From positions 1,488,001-1,552,000 of the forward strand of contig MU053758.1 of the NCBI GenBank assembly GCA_013239625.1: DNA of 64,000 nt, read 5' to 3'. This stretch comes from Lama guanicoe. Taxonomy: Eukaryota. Below the pieces are notes generated by a model. It was not told the origin of the DNA. It did not search any database and saw nothing but the letters and a program-made list of their open reading frames with translations. The translations under genes and the position numbers were made by a program. Of this stretch, positions 1-11,742 are shown one piece after another. Every line of letters begins with the position of its first letter. Position 1 is the stretch's first letter.

Positions 1-659
1 ACTGGGTAAAACCCAACTAGGTCAGGGAATGAGTCAGGGCTCAAAGACTCGATACCAACCTCTCCCACTCCTGCCAGGAAACCTCTGGGTGAGACAGATG
101 AGAGAGGAGCCGAGGGGCGGGCCTCACGGCCGCCTGCCCTGGGGCCTCTGGCTTGTGGTTTCACCCTGGTTTGCCCTGCAGCTGTAACGTGTCTGCTGAC
201 ACGCAAGCCCTGACACGCTCGCCCTCCCCCTTTCCCAAACTCCTGCTCAGTCTCAGAAACAGATGGCACATTCCACCCTAGACGGGACTACAGGAGAGAT
301 GAGGGGAAAAGGAAGGAACAGAACCAGGCAGAGAGGTGGCTCTTCAGAAAACACAGGACAAAATACAAGGGACTTTTTGTCAAGGAGGGGAGGAGGAAGT
401 AGAAACTAAACTCACCTCCAAGGAAACCAGGACAAGAAAAGAGCAGAGGAGTGCCATAGCTGGGCTGGGACAGAGAAGAAAATAGGACCAAGGGCTAAGG
501 CTGAGCAGGACCAAGCAGCACTAGCCTGGAAACCTGTAAGACTCAAAAGCAAAATGGCAGAATGGAGGTACTTGGCTCTGCCAAATCCATCTCTCTTTCC
601 TCAACACTGTTTCCAATCTGTGGCAATTCTGAACACTCTCCTCTGACACAAAAACAGTT

Positions 660-850
660 TTAGGCATCTACTGGGTACTAGTCACATGTTTGCAATATAT
701 GACTTCACTTAGTGCTCACAACAGCCCTACAAGGTAAGTAAGTTTTATTGTCCCCATTTCACAGGTGGGTACACTGGGACTCACAAGATTTAAGTAATTT
801 GCCCATAGATTTTGGAAGTAGTAGACCTGGCCAGAGCCTAGGTGGATTAC
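660..850 (-). mobile_element. MIR SINE fragment (approximate bounds)
   Basis: MIR core-like text ttattgtccccatttcacaggtgggtacactgggactcacaagatttaagtaatttgccc. Confidence 0.55.
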
Positions 851-3391
851 ACTATACCAAACTGCCTTTGATTTGAAGTCAAATCAAATCAAAATAATGT
901 TAAAACAGTAGAGACTTCTTAAGCCTTCCAGGAGTACTGAGGAGCACACCAGATAAGGAACAATGAATGGAGATCTCTAAATCTCTGAATGTAGGGATTC
1001 AAAGACCCTGGAATTATTGGGTTTGCATAGGCCTCCCTGCAATCTGAGATCCCAGTGCAACCTTGGTACCCTCTAGTGGAAGTTTCCTGTATTCACACAG
1101 ATTTCCTGCCATCAACCCCCAGGAGCTGGGAAGTCCTCATCCAGCCACTGGAGAGCATCCTCCAAAGAATGGTCAACTGGAAGATATATGTTTGTATGGC
1201 AGGGTCCATGGGGTTGGGGGTAGAGGAAAGAATACAGACCAGAGGGGAGATGTGCTGAGTATTTGGTTCACAAGTGTCCCCAAAGGGAGTCCTTGTCAGG
1301 CCTTTGTGCATTATTAATAGGAGCTCAATACATATCACATGGGCTGTAGGTTTTTGGGCTCTAGAGAGTGACTTCTTTTTTCCATGGGGAAAATAAGTAA
1401 TCAGAGATGCAAAGTGACTCCCAAGGTCACAGGGAAGTCAACGTGAGCAATGGTGAAACTAGAACCCATATGTCTCCTGCCTCCCAACCAAGAGTTCTTT
1501 CTGCTATATCACACTTCCCATTTGTTAGCTGATTGATTTTAGCCATAAATTTGTGTGCTTATAAGGACAGGAGGTTGTAGGTATATCCAGGGAACTGTTT
1601 TTGCCTTCATCTGCCCACAGTCTATACACTTCTCATTTCTTTTGTTCAACACATTTATAGAGTGCCTACTACTACCAAATGCTACTCTAAGCATTGCTTT
1701 TCAAGTTTGGGGACCCAAACTTGGTTTTACATGGTACCCCAGCCTATGAGAACCAGCTCCCAGGCTCCCGAAACCCCATGCCTACAGCCATGCAGGCACT
1801 CCTAAAGCTTCTTCTCCAAGTTCCTAGTGCCAAGATGTCAGATTTATTTCTGTCTCCCTCCTCCTGCAGACATAATCCCTGGGAATGGAAGTGGGTTAGA
1901 AACAGATTAATCTGATCCAGGGGCTTTGCTCTCTCCTCCCTGAACGTGGCACGGGGTGGGGGGGAGAGGGGAAGTCACAAATAGCCTGAAATTCCCTTTT
2001 AGGATTATCGCTTGATTTAGCCAGCTGGGGAGAAAGTGGAGCAAGAAGAGGGGAGGGATTAATTCTAGACCTAGCTTGAGCAGCGGGATGCATGGGCTTC
2101 TTTTCTGGCTGAGCCAGGGTAAGCAATATCTCTTCCTAAACATACCTTTAGAAAAAGAATCTGAGGTAGGCAGCAAAAGATAAAGGAAAAGGCCTTTGTC
2201 TTCAGCAGCAGGGATGACTGGAAGGATGGATGAGAAAGAAGAGCAGCTAGGAGAAGAAAGTCATGCAGCACAGAAATAAGGAATCACTTTTGAGAATGAA
2301 AAACAACCTACATTTCAATGGTTTTAGCTTCAAGAGAAGTGAGACTTGCTCCTGAGGGGAAGAGAGCTAACCCTCTCTTCCTGGGCTTCCTGAGGATTTC
2401 CAATTCATATTCAGGTTATGGGTTCTTTTGCTTTAGGGGCACTGCACTGGGGTAGACTCTGGGGCCAGGGATGTTATCTGTGCCTAGCACAAAGAGCAGT
2501 TACACATACTAGCACTCGGCTAGGCTCCATGTATCCCTTCCAGGGCTATCATGGGGCTTAGAAGCAGTTACCGCAATTAACCTGAGTAGGAGAATGTAAT
2601 TAACTCATTTAATGAGCTAATAACAATTCTGTGAGTTGGCTACTTAATTATCCCTTTTCTACTGTAAGGAAAAGAGGTGGAGCTAAGATGTAAATTCAGG
2701 CACTATGATATTCTTAACCACCACGTGGGAACCATAGATAGTCAATTTGCCAAGTGACGAAGAAGCTCTGCTAACATTGTTAGCTAAAAATCAGTTCAGA
2801 ACATTTCTCAGAAAGTCAGAATTCTTGGCTTCTTCTATGTCACCTTATCTTGGACAATTCACTTCCCTTCCTCTTCATGCTCTCACTCAAGGAGGGAAGT
2901 ATAAAACAAACACATGGCAAGCCTATTATTTGCTTCAATTCAAGTTATCATATTGTTTATTGGAATCACTAACATATTGTTAACAGATTCTTTCAATTCT
3001 CCAGAAGGATTTTTCTTGTTCAAATCAACTGTGTTTCTCCTAGAAGGTAAGTTAGGCAGAAGTTCCAATCTTTCATGTCATCTGCCACTGGGAGAAAAAA
3101 AAAATGCAAGTACAGTACTTACCCCACTGCTCGCGGGATATCCCATCCTCTTTGGATCCATTCAGAAATTTCAGTAAGACAAAGAGAGATTCCAGGAGCC
3201 CCCTGTATTTGGAGAAATAGGAAATCAACTTTGCTTTCTGCCTCATCATATTTAACCTGGGATTCTACTCATTCATTTATTGAATGAATATTTGAGTGTC
3301 TACTATGTGCAAGACTGTTCTTGGTAAGTCTGAGCCACTAATCACCTTATTCCTTCCTCTAATTACACAGTGAGCTCCCTTCTCTTGCTCT

Positions 3392-3548
3392 ATGTTTATT
3401 TATTTGTTTATTTTTGATAGGTCTTTTTTTTTAGGGGGGTAATAAGGTTTCTATTTACTTATTTTAATGGAGGTACTGGGAATTGAACTCAGGAACTTGT
3501 GCATGCATAGCATGTGCACCACCACCACTGAGCTATACCCTCCCCACT
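3392..3548 (-). mobile_element. tRNA-Ala-derived SINE (Vic-1-like, camelid), copy 1
   Basis: Reverse complement of ggggagggtatagctcagtgg...gagttcaattcccagtacctcc with A-rich tail; 14-bp target-site duplication ccttctcttgctct at 3378-3391 and 3549-3562. Confidence 0.85.
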
Positions 3549-4349
3549 CCTTCTCTTGCTCTTATCTTGCTTTTTCTGAAATGTGAACTACTAGGGTTGT
3601 AGGATTAAGAAATATCGTTTTGGTGTTACTTTCCCAGCAGACAGTTCCCAATTTTCCATGGAGTAGTGAGATAGGAAGGTAATACGAATTTTCCAAAGAG
3701 CAGCTAACAAAGCCCACTTACAATTCATCTCAGAATGAATTAAACGAGATTACTTCCGTTGTTATTTCATCCAGGTTGATATGGAACAAGTTTGCATTCC
3801 CTGAGAAACTGATCAGTGGGCAGGCAGAGATGATGTGTGATGAGCTGGCTGCCATGTGAGGCAAATACAAAACTCAACAGTGAAGCAGAGAATCCCAGAT
3901 AGACTATATCAATGTTCTGTATTCATAACCACTCATCATGGAGTGGGGATTCCTCACTTTATCAGGAAGACCAGTTAAAAAAATTTATGTTTTATTTCTT
4001 GGGGGCATAGAGTAGATAGGACTCAATTATTAAGAAATAATTAAATACATCCCATTTAAATGCTTAATAATGTTCTTTAATTAGCACTATACATATAGCA
4101 CCTAATTTCAGGTCACTATCAGTGTGTCATGCAATAGGTTCAATGCTGTGGGTGGGACTTGTAGGGGAATTCTTATTCTTGAAGAATATACAGTATACTT
4201 GAAAAGTCAAGATTCAAGACAGTTCGTGTAATCCCCAAACCCAAAAGTAATCTCTCTCTCTTCTTTGATAGTCCCTAGCATTTTACCTGGACCTTTGTAG
4301 CAGTTCCATTCCAGCCTTTATGAACTGAATATGAAGCCATACAGCAGAG

Positions 4350-4580
4350 TAGTCAGTTTGCATGGGTTCTGGAATTAGACTGCTTGGAATCTGAATTCCA
4401 GTTCTGCCAGTGAGACCTTAAATAAATTATGTACTTATTTCCTATGCGGCCCAACTTCATATGAAAAAGGAAAATATTTCTCGTTTGTGGTGAGAATTGA
4501 GTTAATATATGTAAAATGCTTAGAAAATTACCTGGCACTCGGTAAACAATTTCTAAGTATAAGCTAATATTAATATTAAA
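4350..4580 (+). mobile_element. MIR SINE fragment (approximate bounds)
   Basis: ctggaattagactgcttggaatctgaattccagttctgcc...gtgagaattgagttaatatatgtaaaatgcttagaa...cctggcac matches the MIR layout. Confidence 0.6.
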
Positions 4581-4939
4581 CTTGTGCCACTTTCCCCAAA
4601 TGGCAAACAAATAAATGTTTTTGTCAGTCCACGTGTCTTCTGTTTCAATAAACATATTAGTCATTAATTACCCTAATTTGACACCAAGAAAGAATATTTT
4701 TCACCTGGTATAGACTGGGAAAACCAGGTCTCCGGCTTAAGTTGTGAGGTCGCACACAGATAACCAAACTAGTAATTTTTACCCTTTCCAGCATCCAAGT
4801 AGGCACTGAAGAAAAACACTTGTCTCAAGAGGAAAACACCTTTCCATTCTTCATGGAATGGAAACAAGGTGCAGCAATGTCCCAACCTCACAGGAATGCA
4901 GAAACTCCTGGCCACCAGACAACCCTGGCCACCAGAACC

Positions 4940-5250
4940 CTACTGCGCAGGCGCGGTCCCGGCTCCAAGGTCTCCGCCGGGCGCGTGACAACCGTGCTTC
5001 CACCCTGCCCCCAATGCCGTATAACTGCGCGTGCGCAGTTTGCACTCCCTTCACCCACCTATCCCCCTCCCCGACGGGCACGTGCGCGTTCTCGCCACTC
5101 ACACTCCGGCGGAGGGCGCGCGCCCTGGAAAATTCCACACCCGAGCTAGCTCCGCCCAATGCGCCTTTTTCCCTGCCCCCGGCTCTTTCACTCTTAGTCC
5201 CATCCCGGCGGCCTTTGCGTGAGCAAAATGGCAGCCCCCATGCCGCGGGG
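4940..5250 (+). promoter_or_regulatory. MRPL45 CpG-island promoter with NRF1-like, CCAAT, GC-box and YY1-like motifs
   Basis: CpG-dense segment ending at the start codon; TGCGCAGGCGCG 4944-4955, TGCGCGTGCGCA 5026-5037, CCAAT at 5011 and 5156, CAAAATGGCAGC 5224-5235. Confidence 0.75.
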
Positions 5251-5293
5251 TTTGTCTTGCTTATCCAGGGCTTTAGGATGGTGGTCTTGGCAG
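5228..5293 (+). CDS. MRPL45: MRPL45 coding exon 1 (mitochondrial presequence MAAPMPRGLSCLSRALGWWSWQ)
   Basis: aaaATGg strong Kozak context; donor CAG|gtgggt. Confidence 0.93.
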
Positions 5294-6186
5294 GTGGGTA
5301 GGGACGGGGTGAGTAGAACTCTAGGGACTGGAGGAGGAGGACGGAGTAGAGGGAAATACTTGCTTGGTGAACTTGGACGAAACGAGTCGTGCCTTGGCTG
5401 GGGAAGAGTTGAGGTAGATGGGACACAGCTATTGAGCTAAGGGACTGAGTGCGAGAGCTTGGGTAGGGCCATCAGGGCAAGCAGGTTCTCAGGGATTAAG
5501 TTTTTTTCGGTTGGTCTGAGTCTGCCTGGCGTGGAGGTGTTAAAGGGGAAAGAAGTAATGGTTTGGATGATGGGCTTGCTCCGTTTGATTTTTATAAATG
5601 TCCTAAATTGAACAGTAGCTGGAAAAAAGGGAGTCCTGTGCCTGCCTGAACAAACCTTATGGTAAGAGAGAAAAGAGACCTGGTCTCTGAAGAGCTTATT
5701 GATCACTTGGGAAGTAGAACGACAGAATAGTTTACAGTGAGGCTTCCAATAGAATGAGCAGAATGAAATCCGAGTAAATGTATAGGAGATGCCAAGAAGA
5801 GGACTTTTCTTTCGTTCATTTCAGTATTCGATTGGTGTTTAAGTTCCTCATCAGACTGAACGTTCTTTGAAAGCAGAAGCCTTGCTATCGTCAACTGTGC
5901 CTCCCTAGGAGATGGCATAGTCCCGTACTAGAGAAAGTGCTAAGGGAGACCCTTTAGTGAATATTGAGTGATGTTAGTGAGAGTTGCTTGCTGGCTTAGT
6001 AAGAGTCTTCCATAATTGTTAAAATAGTGCATTTCACCTTGTGGTAAGTGGGTGGCTGTGATAAGATAAATCGCTTTATAATTGTTATAAGTCATTCTTT
6101 GGGTGGTGCACTTCCTATCTTTGCTTAGTTTGTACAGAATAGATTTTTCCCTCCAGATTACCTAACCTTTTCCTGCTGTTTTCCAG

Positions 6187-6364
6187 CCAGTCCTGGTGAC
6201 TCAGTCAACAACAGTAGTTCCAGTGAGAACCAAAAAACGTTTCACACCCCCTGCTTATAAACCCAAATACAAATCAGAAAAGGAGTTTATAGAATATGCA
6301 CGGAAAGCAGGACTGGTGATTCCTCCCGAACGTTTGGAGCGTCCTATACATCTGGCCTGTACAG
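6187..6364 (+). CDS. MRPL45: MRPL45 coding exon 2
   Basis: acceptor ttttccag|CCA; PVLVTQ...PVRTKKRF...IHLACT; donor CAG|gtgagg. Confidence 0.95.
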
Positions 6365-6766
6365 GTGAGGCATGGTATTTCTGAGACCTTGATCCAATAT
6401 CCTTCTGACAGAGATCTTCTTGGAAAGAGGAATGATTTGGACTATGATTGATAGCATTTAATTAACCACAAAATCAGTTCAGCCTCAGTAATTTACTTTA
6501 TATACACTGTATGTATTTCATGAGGTCATCTTTGATCTTGTTTTCACACTTTCTAGAAGGCAAAGGTAAAATTTCTCCATTTTGTACAAGAAGCTGAGAC
6601 TCTGAAAGAAGACTAAAATTATCTTATTCTACTTTTTATAACACAATAAAGTTCCCTCTACATGAAAGTCTATTTCATTAGTCCTGTTGATTTTTTATGG
6701 TCTCAAGATGATTTCTTTTTCTCAGTCTTTCAATGCTTTCTTAGTTTTCTCCTTCTCTCATTACAG

Positions 6767-6884
6767 CTGGTATCTTTGATGCCTATGTTCCTCCTGAGGG
6801 TGATGCCCGAATATCGTCTCTTTCTAAGGAAGGACTGGCACAGAGAACTGAGCGGTTAAAGAAGAATGTGGCATCACAATTGTC
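6767..6884 (+). CDS. MRPL45: MRPL45 coding exon 3
   Basis: acceptor cattacag|[24 protein letters not shown]; donor GTC|gtaggt. Confidence 0.95.
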
Positions 6885-7714
6885 GTAGGTTTCTGAGACA
6901 GCTGGGAGTCAATATTAGAATAAAAATTTCTGGTTGCTGCTTTATTCCAGAGAGGCCATCTTGGGCTAATTAGTTGGATCTAACTCCCTTGACAATATTT
7001 GCTTTCTCTGTAATAGAGTCTGTAGTTAATGTGTAATAATGTGGACATTCTGAATCTTAGCATCTTAGCCTTGATTGGTAGTTTTTGTCACATCGTTTAG
7101 AGAGTTGACATTGAAGTTCGTAGGACACTTTTTTGATCACATATTTTAAAATTTAAAGTAATAATAAGAGAGAGCATAGTTATGTGAGAAATATCTTTGA
7201 GTTCAAACCGAAGAGAGTAAGAAAATGCTTAAGAAGACAGACCTGTTCTAGGGAACTGGCTGGGCCTTAGTTAAGCAGCAGAAGCCAAAACCTTCATAGA
7301 CTTTTAATGTCTGCCACTCTAGCTCTGACTGTATGTAAATTATAGGTTCTTTAGGGTCATATGTCGATTTGTATGCACAAGTATATTGAGTCAGTGTTAA
7401 TTCTTCATGTGGCCATAACATATTTATCTAAATACAGATCTTCTCACATCAGTTCTTCTACCTCAAACTCCTTTGTGGCTCCCTAGTCCTGAAGGATAAA
7501 ATCGAGATTTCTTCAGTGGTATTCGGGGCTTTTTATAATTTGAGTTTTGCCTTACCCTCCACCATCATCTTCTCCTTATTCCATTTTTCTCATCCTAAAC
7601 TTCAGCATTTCCAAACTAATTGCTGGTTCCTTGACAATTGTTGTGTTATGTCTTTGTGTCTTTGCACGTCCTTTCCTTTGCCTGAAAGTGTCTTTCTCTC
7701 AAGGACTGTGTCTG

Positions 7715-7869
7715 TTTTTTTTTTTTTTTTTAATTTTTTTTTATTTTTAGGGGAGGGAGGAGGGAGGTAATTAGGTTTATTTATTTATTTTTAGAGAAGT
7801 ACTGGGGATTGAACCTAGGACCTCGTGCATGCTAAGTATGCACTCTACTGCTTGAGCTATGCTCTCCCC
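7715..7869 (-). mobile_element. tRNA-Ala-derived SINE (Vic-1-like), copy 2
   Basis: Same head and ggaggtaattaggttt tail motif as the other copies; imperfect TSD tgtgtctgtttt / tgtatctgctttt. Confidence 0.85.
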
Positions 7870-8029
7870 TCTTGTATCTGCTTTTAAGCCTCCCCTGACT
7901 CTTTTTGGAGCTGCCTTTGTTATAATTGTAACTGTGCACTTATTATTACTACTTCTAATAACTATATACTGTGATGATTTCCTCTTGTGTATTTCTCTCC
8001 TGGCCTGTGAGCTCTTTGGTGGAAGGGTT

Positions 8030-8330
8030 CATGATGATGAACAGAATACATGTGGTTTTATCATGGAGTTCACATCTAGGGGAGGAAAACAGTCGTTAAA
8101 TCCTGATTGTTCATAAATAATTATAGGTATGATGGAGTATAGGTGCTGTGGGAACATATGACAGGGAAAGATAACTTGGTCTGGGAGTTCAAGGAAGGTT
8201 TCCCTGAGGAAATGACATTTAAAGCTGGGACCTGAAGGGTTGCTTAGAGTTAGCTGAGTAGAGGAGTGTAGTGAGGAATAGCATTCGAGGGAGACGAAAC
8301 AGTGTAAGCAAAGCTCTGAGGTGAAAAGAG
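8030..8330. mobile_element. L2 LINE fragment (approximate bounds)
   Basis: tcatggagttcacatctagggg...caaggaaggtttccctgaggaaatgacatttaaagctgggacctgaagg is typical degenerate L2 3' sequence. Confidence 0.5.
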
Positions 8331-8332
8331 TG

Positions 8333-8510
8333 TGAAGGAGGTGTTGGATTTTGTCAAATGCCTTTTCTTTTTGATCATGTGATATTTGTGTTTGATTCTA
8401 TTAATATGGTGTATTACATTAATTGATTTTTTTAGTGTTAAACCAACTCTGCATTCCTGAGATAAATTGCACTGGGTCATGGTGTCCCTCATCTTCTTAA
8501 TATATTTACA
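8333..8510 (-). mobile_element. L1 ORF2 fragment (reverse-transcriptase N-terminal part)
   Basis: Minus-strand translation KKSINVIHHINRIKHKYHMI resembles L1 ORF2 (KSINVIHHINR..KNHMIISIDAEKAFDKIQH). Confidence 0.8.
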
Positions 8511-9417
8511 TTAACCATTGATTACATCGGAAATCCCTGTTTACATTATTATAACTATGAGAATACTATTGACAGCTGAGTCATGCAGCACATTATCATC
8601 ACTTTTCTTTTCCTGTGTAATATTTTTTTTCTGGCATTGTGTCTTTTTTCTCATTTGCTAACAGAATCCCTGGTTGTATTAATTTTCTCTCAGTAGGTGG
8701 AAAACATTTAAGTATTTTATCAATGTCATCTTCAAGAAGAAAGCCCTGTGGAGCCTTGATACCTATTTCAATCTGAATTACTTACTCTTTAGGCTCACTG
8801 TATATCTTGGGATCTACTTTTTATAATCATCCTCATACTCCTTTTGTCTTGCTCTTATGTTGTATTCCCCATTTCCTGGACTTTATGTCTTTCTCTTTCA
8901 TGAATAACTTTTTATTCAGTTATTTTGGTGGTGCACATTCCCCAGCAGCTTCCTGAGAAAGGTTGGATAGTTGGTAAATGAGATCTTGCAAGGCTAAGAA
9001 AAAGTCTTTTACTTTCCCTTCTCATTTATAATTTTCCCAGGTATAGGATTCTGGGCTCGAAATCATTATTTTTTCAATTAAACGCACTACTCTATTTTGT
9101 CTAACTTCTAATGTTGGTAGTTAGAAGCCCTGTGTCCTTCTGACTCAAGTCTGTGTATGAAACCTGTGTTTTCTTTCATAATGCTTATAGGATGTTTTCT
9201 TTAATGCCAAAATTCTGAAATTTCACTATGAGAAATCCTGGTCCGTCTTTCGAATGACTGAAGTACGAGTTAGAAGGTTGAATTTATAGGACTTGGCACA
9301 TTCAAAAAACAATTATTGAATAAGTGGACAGACATTAATGGAGGTTAATATAAGCTGTAAGTTATGGAAATTGTATAAAGTCTTCTTTAGAAATGGTTCT
9401 CATGCTTAATTTTACAG

Positions 9418-9516
9418 AATCCGGAAGATAAAAGAAAGTGATCCTAATTTTAAAATAAAGGACTTCCCTGAAAAAGCCAAGGATATCTTCATTGAAGCTC
9501 ACTTGTGTTTAAACAA
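9418..9516 (+). CDS. MRPL45: MRPL45 coding exon 4
   Basis: acceptor ttttacag|[33 protein letters not shown]; donor CAA|gtaagt. Confidence 0.95.
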
Positions 9517-10067
9517 GTAAGTGATTTCCTTGTCTTAAACTCATTATGCTCTCAGCAGCTCTCAGTTATTCTACGCACAGATTTTTTTTTTTTTTCTCTT
9601 CATATAAGAGTTCTAGAGTGAGAGAACTCCTGTGTGGGAAGTAATTGGAGCCTGGAGCTGTTCTTGACTCCTCTCCGTGATTCAGGGGGTTTTTACCATT
9701 TGGTCTGTCTCAGCTCCACCAGCTAGTGTTGGGACTCTGCTGAATGGCTGCTGCTTTCACCCCGCCTGATCCCTGATTCACCCTGACCCTTTTTATGTGT
9801 TTGTCTTATGTATGTACATTTCTTTTCCTTAATTATTTTGAGTAAGTTTCTTTTAAAAATTTTCCAGCATTTTCTTGATCCAACCAAGGGAAAAGTCAGG
9901 GCTGCTAGGGAGATGAAAAATCAACATGAGGGGCCTGGAATAATCTTAAGTATCAGACTTGTTGCTGACATTCATTGAGCTGTGGCTGCTATGGCTCAGC
10001 TTCAAGTAGGACCCCAGACTTGAACTCTAAAATCCATTAATTTTATTTCTCTAAAAAAATGATTTTT

Positions 10068-10211
10068 GGGAGGGTATAGCTCAGTGGTACCTAGCATGCA
10101 CGAGGTCCTGTGTTCAATCCTCAATACCTCCATCAAAAATAAATAAATAAACCTAATTACCTCCGCCCTACAAATAAATAAGATAAGATAAAATAAAATA
10201 AACAAATAAAA
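10068..10211 (+). mobile_element. tRNA-Ala-derived SINE (Vic-1-like), copy 3, with small internal deletion
   Basis: gggagggtatagctcagtggta[gap]cctagcatgcacgaggtcctgtgttcaatcc...aacctaattacctcc plus (aaata)n tail. Confidence 0.85.
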
Positions 10212-10214
10212 TTA

Positions 10215-11102
10215 ATTTAAAAAAATTTTAATTGTAAAATATTTCAAACATATTAAAAAGTACCATTCAAGGTAATAGATGTTTACATTCTGCCAAATTT
10301 GCTTCTGGATGCCCGTTGGGGGAAGAGATAGTGATGAAGCATCATAGATACAGCTAATGCCCCACCTCACTATTCTTTTCCTTCCCAGAGGTAACCACTC
10401 CTCCCTGTCATTCCCATGCATGTCTTCATACTTCCACCAAGTGTACACATTTACGAACAGTGTACAGTATTGTTTTATGTACTGTGAAAATTTACATAAA
10501 TAATGTTTTTTTGACACCTATTTATTGTCCAACGTCATTTTTTGTGTGTTTGATTTTTTCCTGTCATGTTATTTTGTGCATTCTATTTACCATGATTTTT
10601 CTTTGCTTCTTTTTCTCCTTTCATTTGTGGGATTGATATAATTTCCTTCTTCCCTTTTTTTTTCTTCCACTTGTTTGGAAGTATTATGTTCTACTTCTAT
10701 TCTTGTAGTAGTTATTGTTAAAATGTTTAACATGTATTGTTGACAATATCATGAGAAGCGTCAAACACTTGAATTCCAATCACTGCCTCATATGTCTTCC
10801 ATGTTATTATTACTTAGTGTTTTTAGTTCTGCCTTGTTTTTATTTCACTTGCATGTTTTGTCTGTGGTTCCCCACCAGCCCCCACTTCATTTTTAAAGGA
10901 TGCTTTCTTTGGGTGGAGAATTCTAGGTTGGTAATTAGATTCTGTCAGCATTTTGAAGATGTCATCTTTCTGGTTTCTCTTGGTTATGTTGAGAAGTTAG
11001 CTGTTTTTTCCTTGTTGTTCCTTTGAAGTTAGAATTTTTTTCTTCGGCTGCTTCTAAGATTTTTTTCCTCTACCTTTAGTGTTCAACAGTTTACTATGAT
11101 GG

Positions 11103-11137
<35 letters not shown>

Positions 11138-11690
11138 TTTATCCTGCTCTGGGTTCCTATCCTTTAGTCTGCCTTCTTTTTTTAGTAGTGTTGAAAAAAA
11201 TTCTTAGAACATCTCTTCAAATGTTGCTTCTGCTCCACTTTTCTGTCTCCAAGTATAGCTCTGGATACACAGAACATTTTATCTTTTCACTGTGTGCCAA
11301 ATGTCTCTTGTCTCTTTTCTATATTTTCCAGTCTTTTTTTCCCCCTCCAGCTTCAGTCTGGATATTTTGCCATCTATCTTCCTGTCCTCTTTTCAGTTGT
11401 ATCAAATCTGCTATTGAACTTATCTATTGAGTTCTTATTTCTATACTTATTTTCTGTTTTTCACTTTGAGAATTTTCATTTGATTTTGTTTGTGTGTGTG
11501 TGTCCCCCATTCTTTGCTAAAATTATCCATTCTGTCATCTGATTTCTTGACCATACTAATTACACTTATTTTGAAGTCTGTGTCTGATAAAAATCTGTAT
11601 TTCTGTACATCTGTCTTATTTTTTTTGGTTCTTGTTTTGGTTAGTTCTTGTCTTTTTTACATGCCTGCATTTTTTTTACAATAGATTTTT
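10215..11690 (-). mobile_element. Old, degenerate L1 fragments (L1ME-like); subfamily and bounds uncertain
   Basis: T-rich antisense L1-like text (ttgtaaaatatttcaaacata; cccagaggtaaccact; gttgagaagttagctg; ctattgagttcttatttc). Confidence 0.5.
11106..11136. repeat. (TG)n microsatellite, about 15 units
   Basis: Directly visible. Confidence 0.95.
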
Positions 11691-11742
11691 AAAAAAAATA
11701 AAAAATGTAACTTTATTTGAAAATCATCAGTTTAATAAGGGC

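Noticed and set aside
1..260. Slightly CpG-rich patch with a GC box at the window edge
   Set aside because: Too short and truncated; no exon or TSS can be supported
4820..5426. Overlapping 109-191 aa ORFs across the MRPL45 promoter
   Set aside because: Stop-poor GC-rich CpG island; no recognisable protein, and several use non-ATG starts
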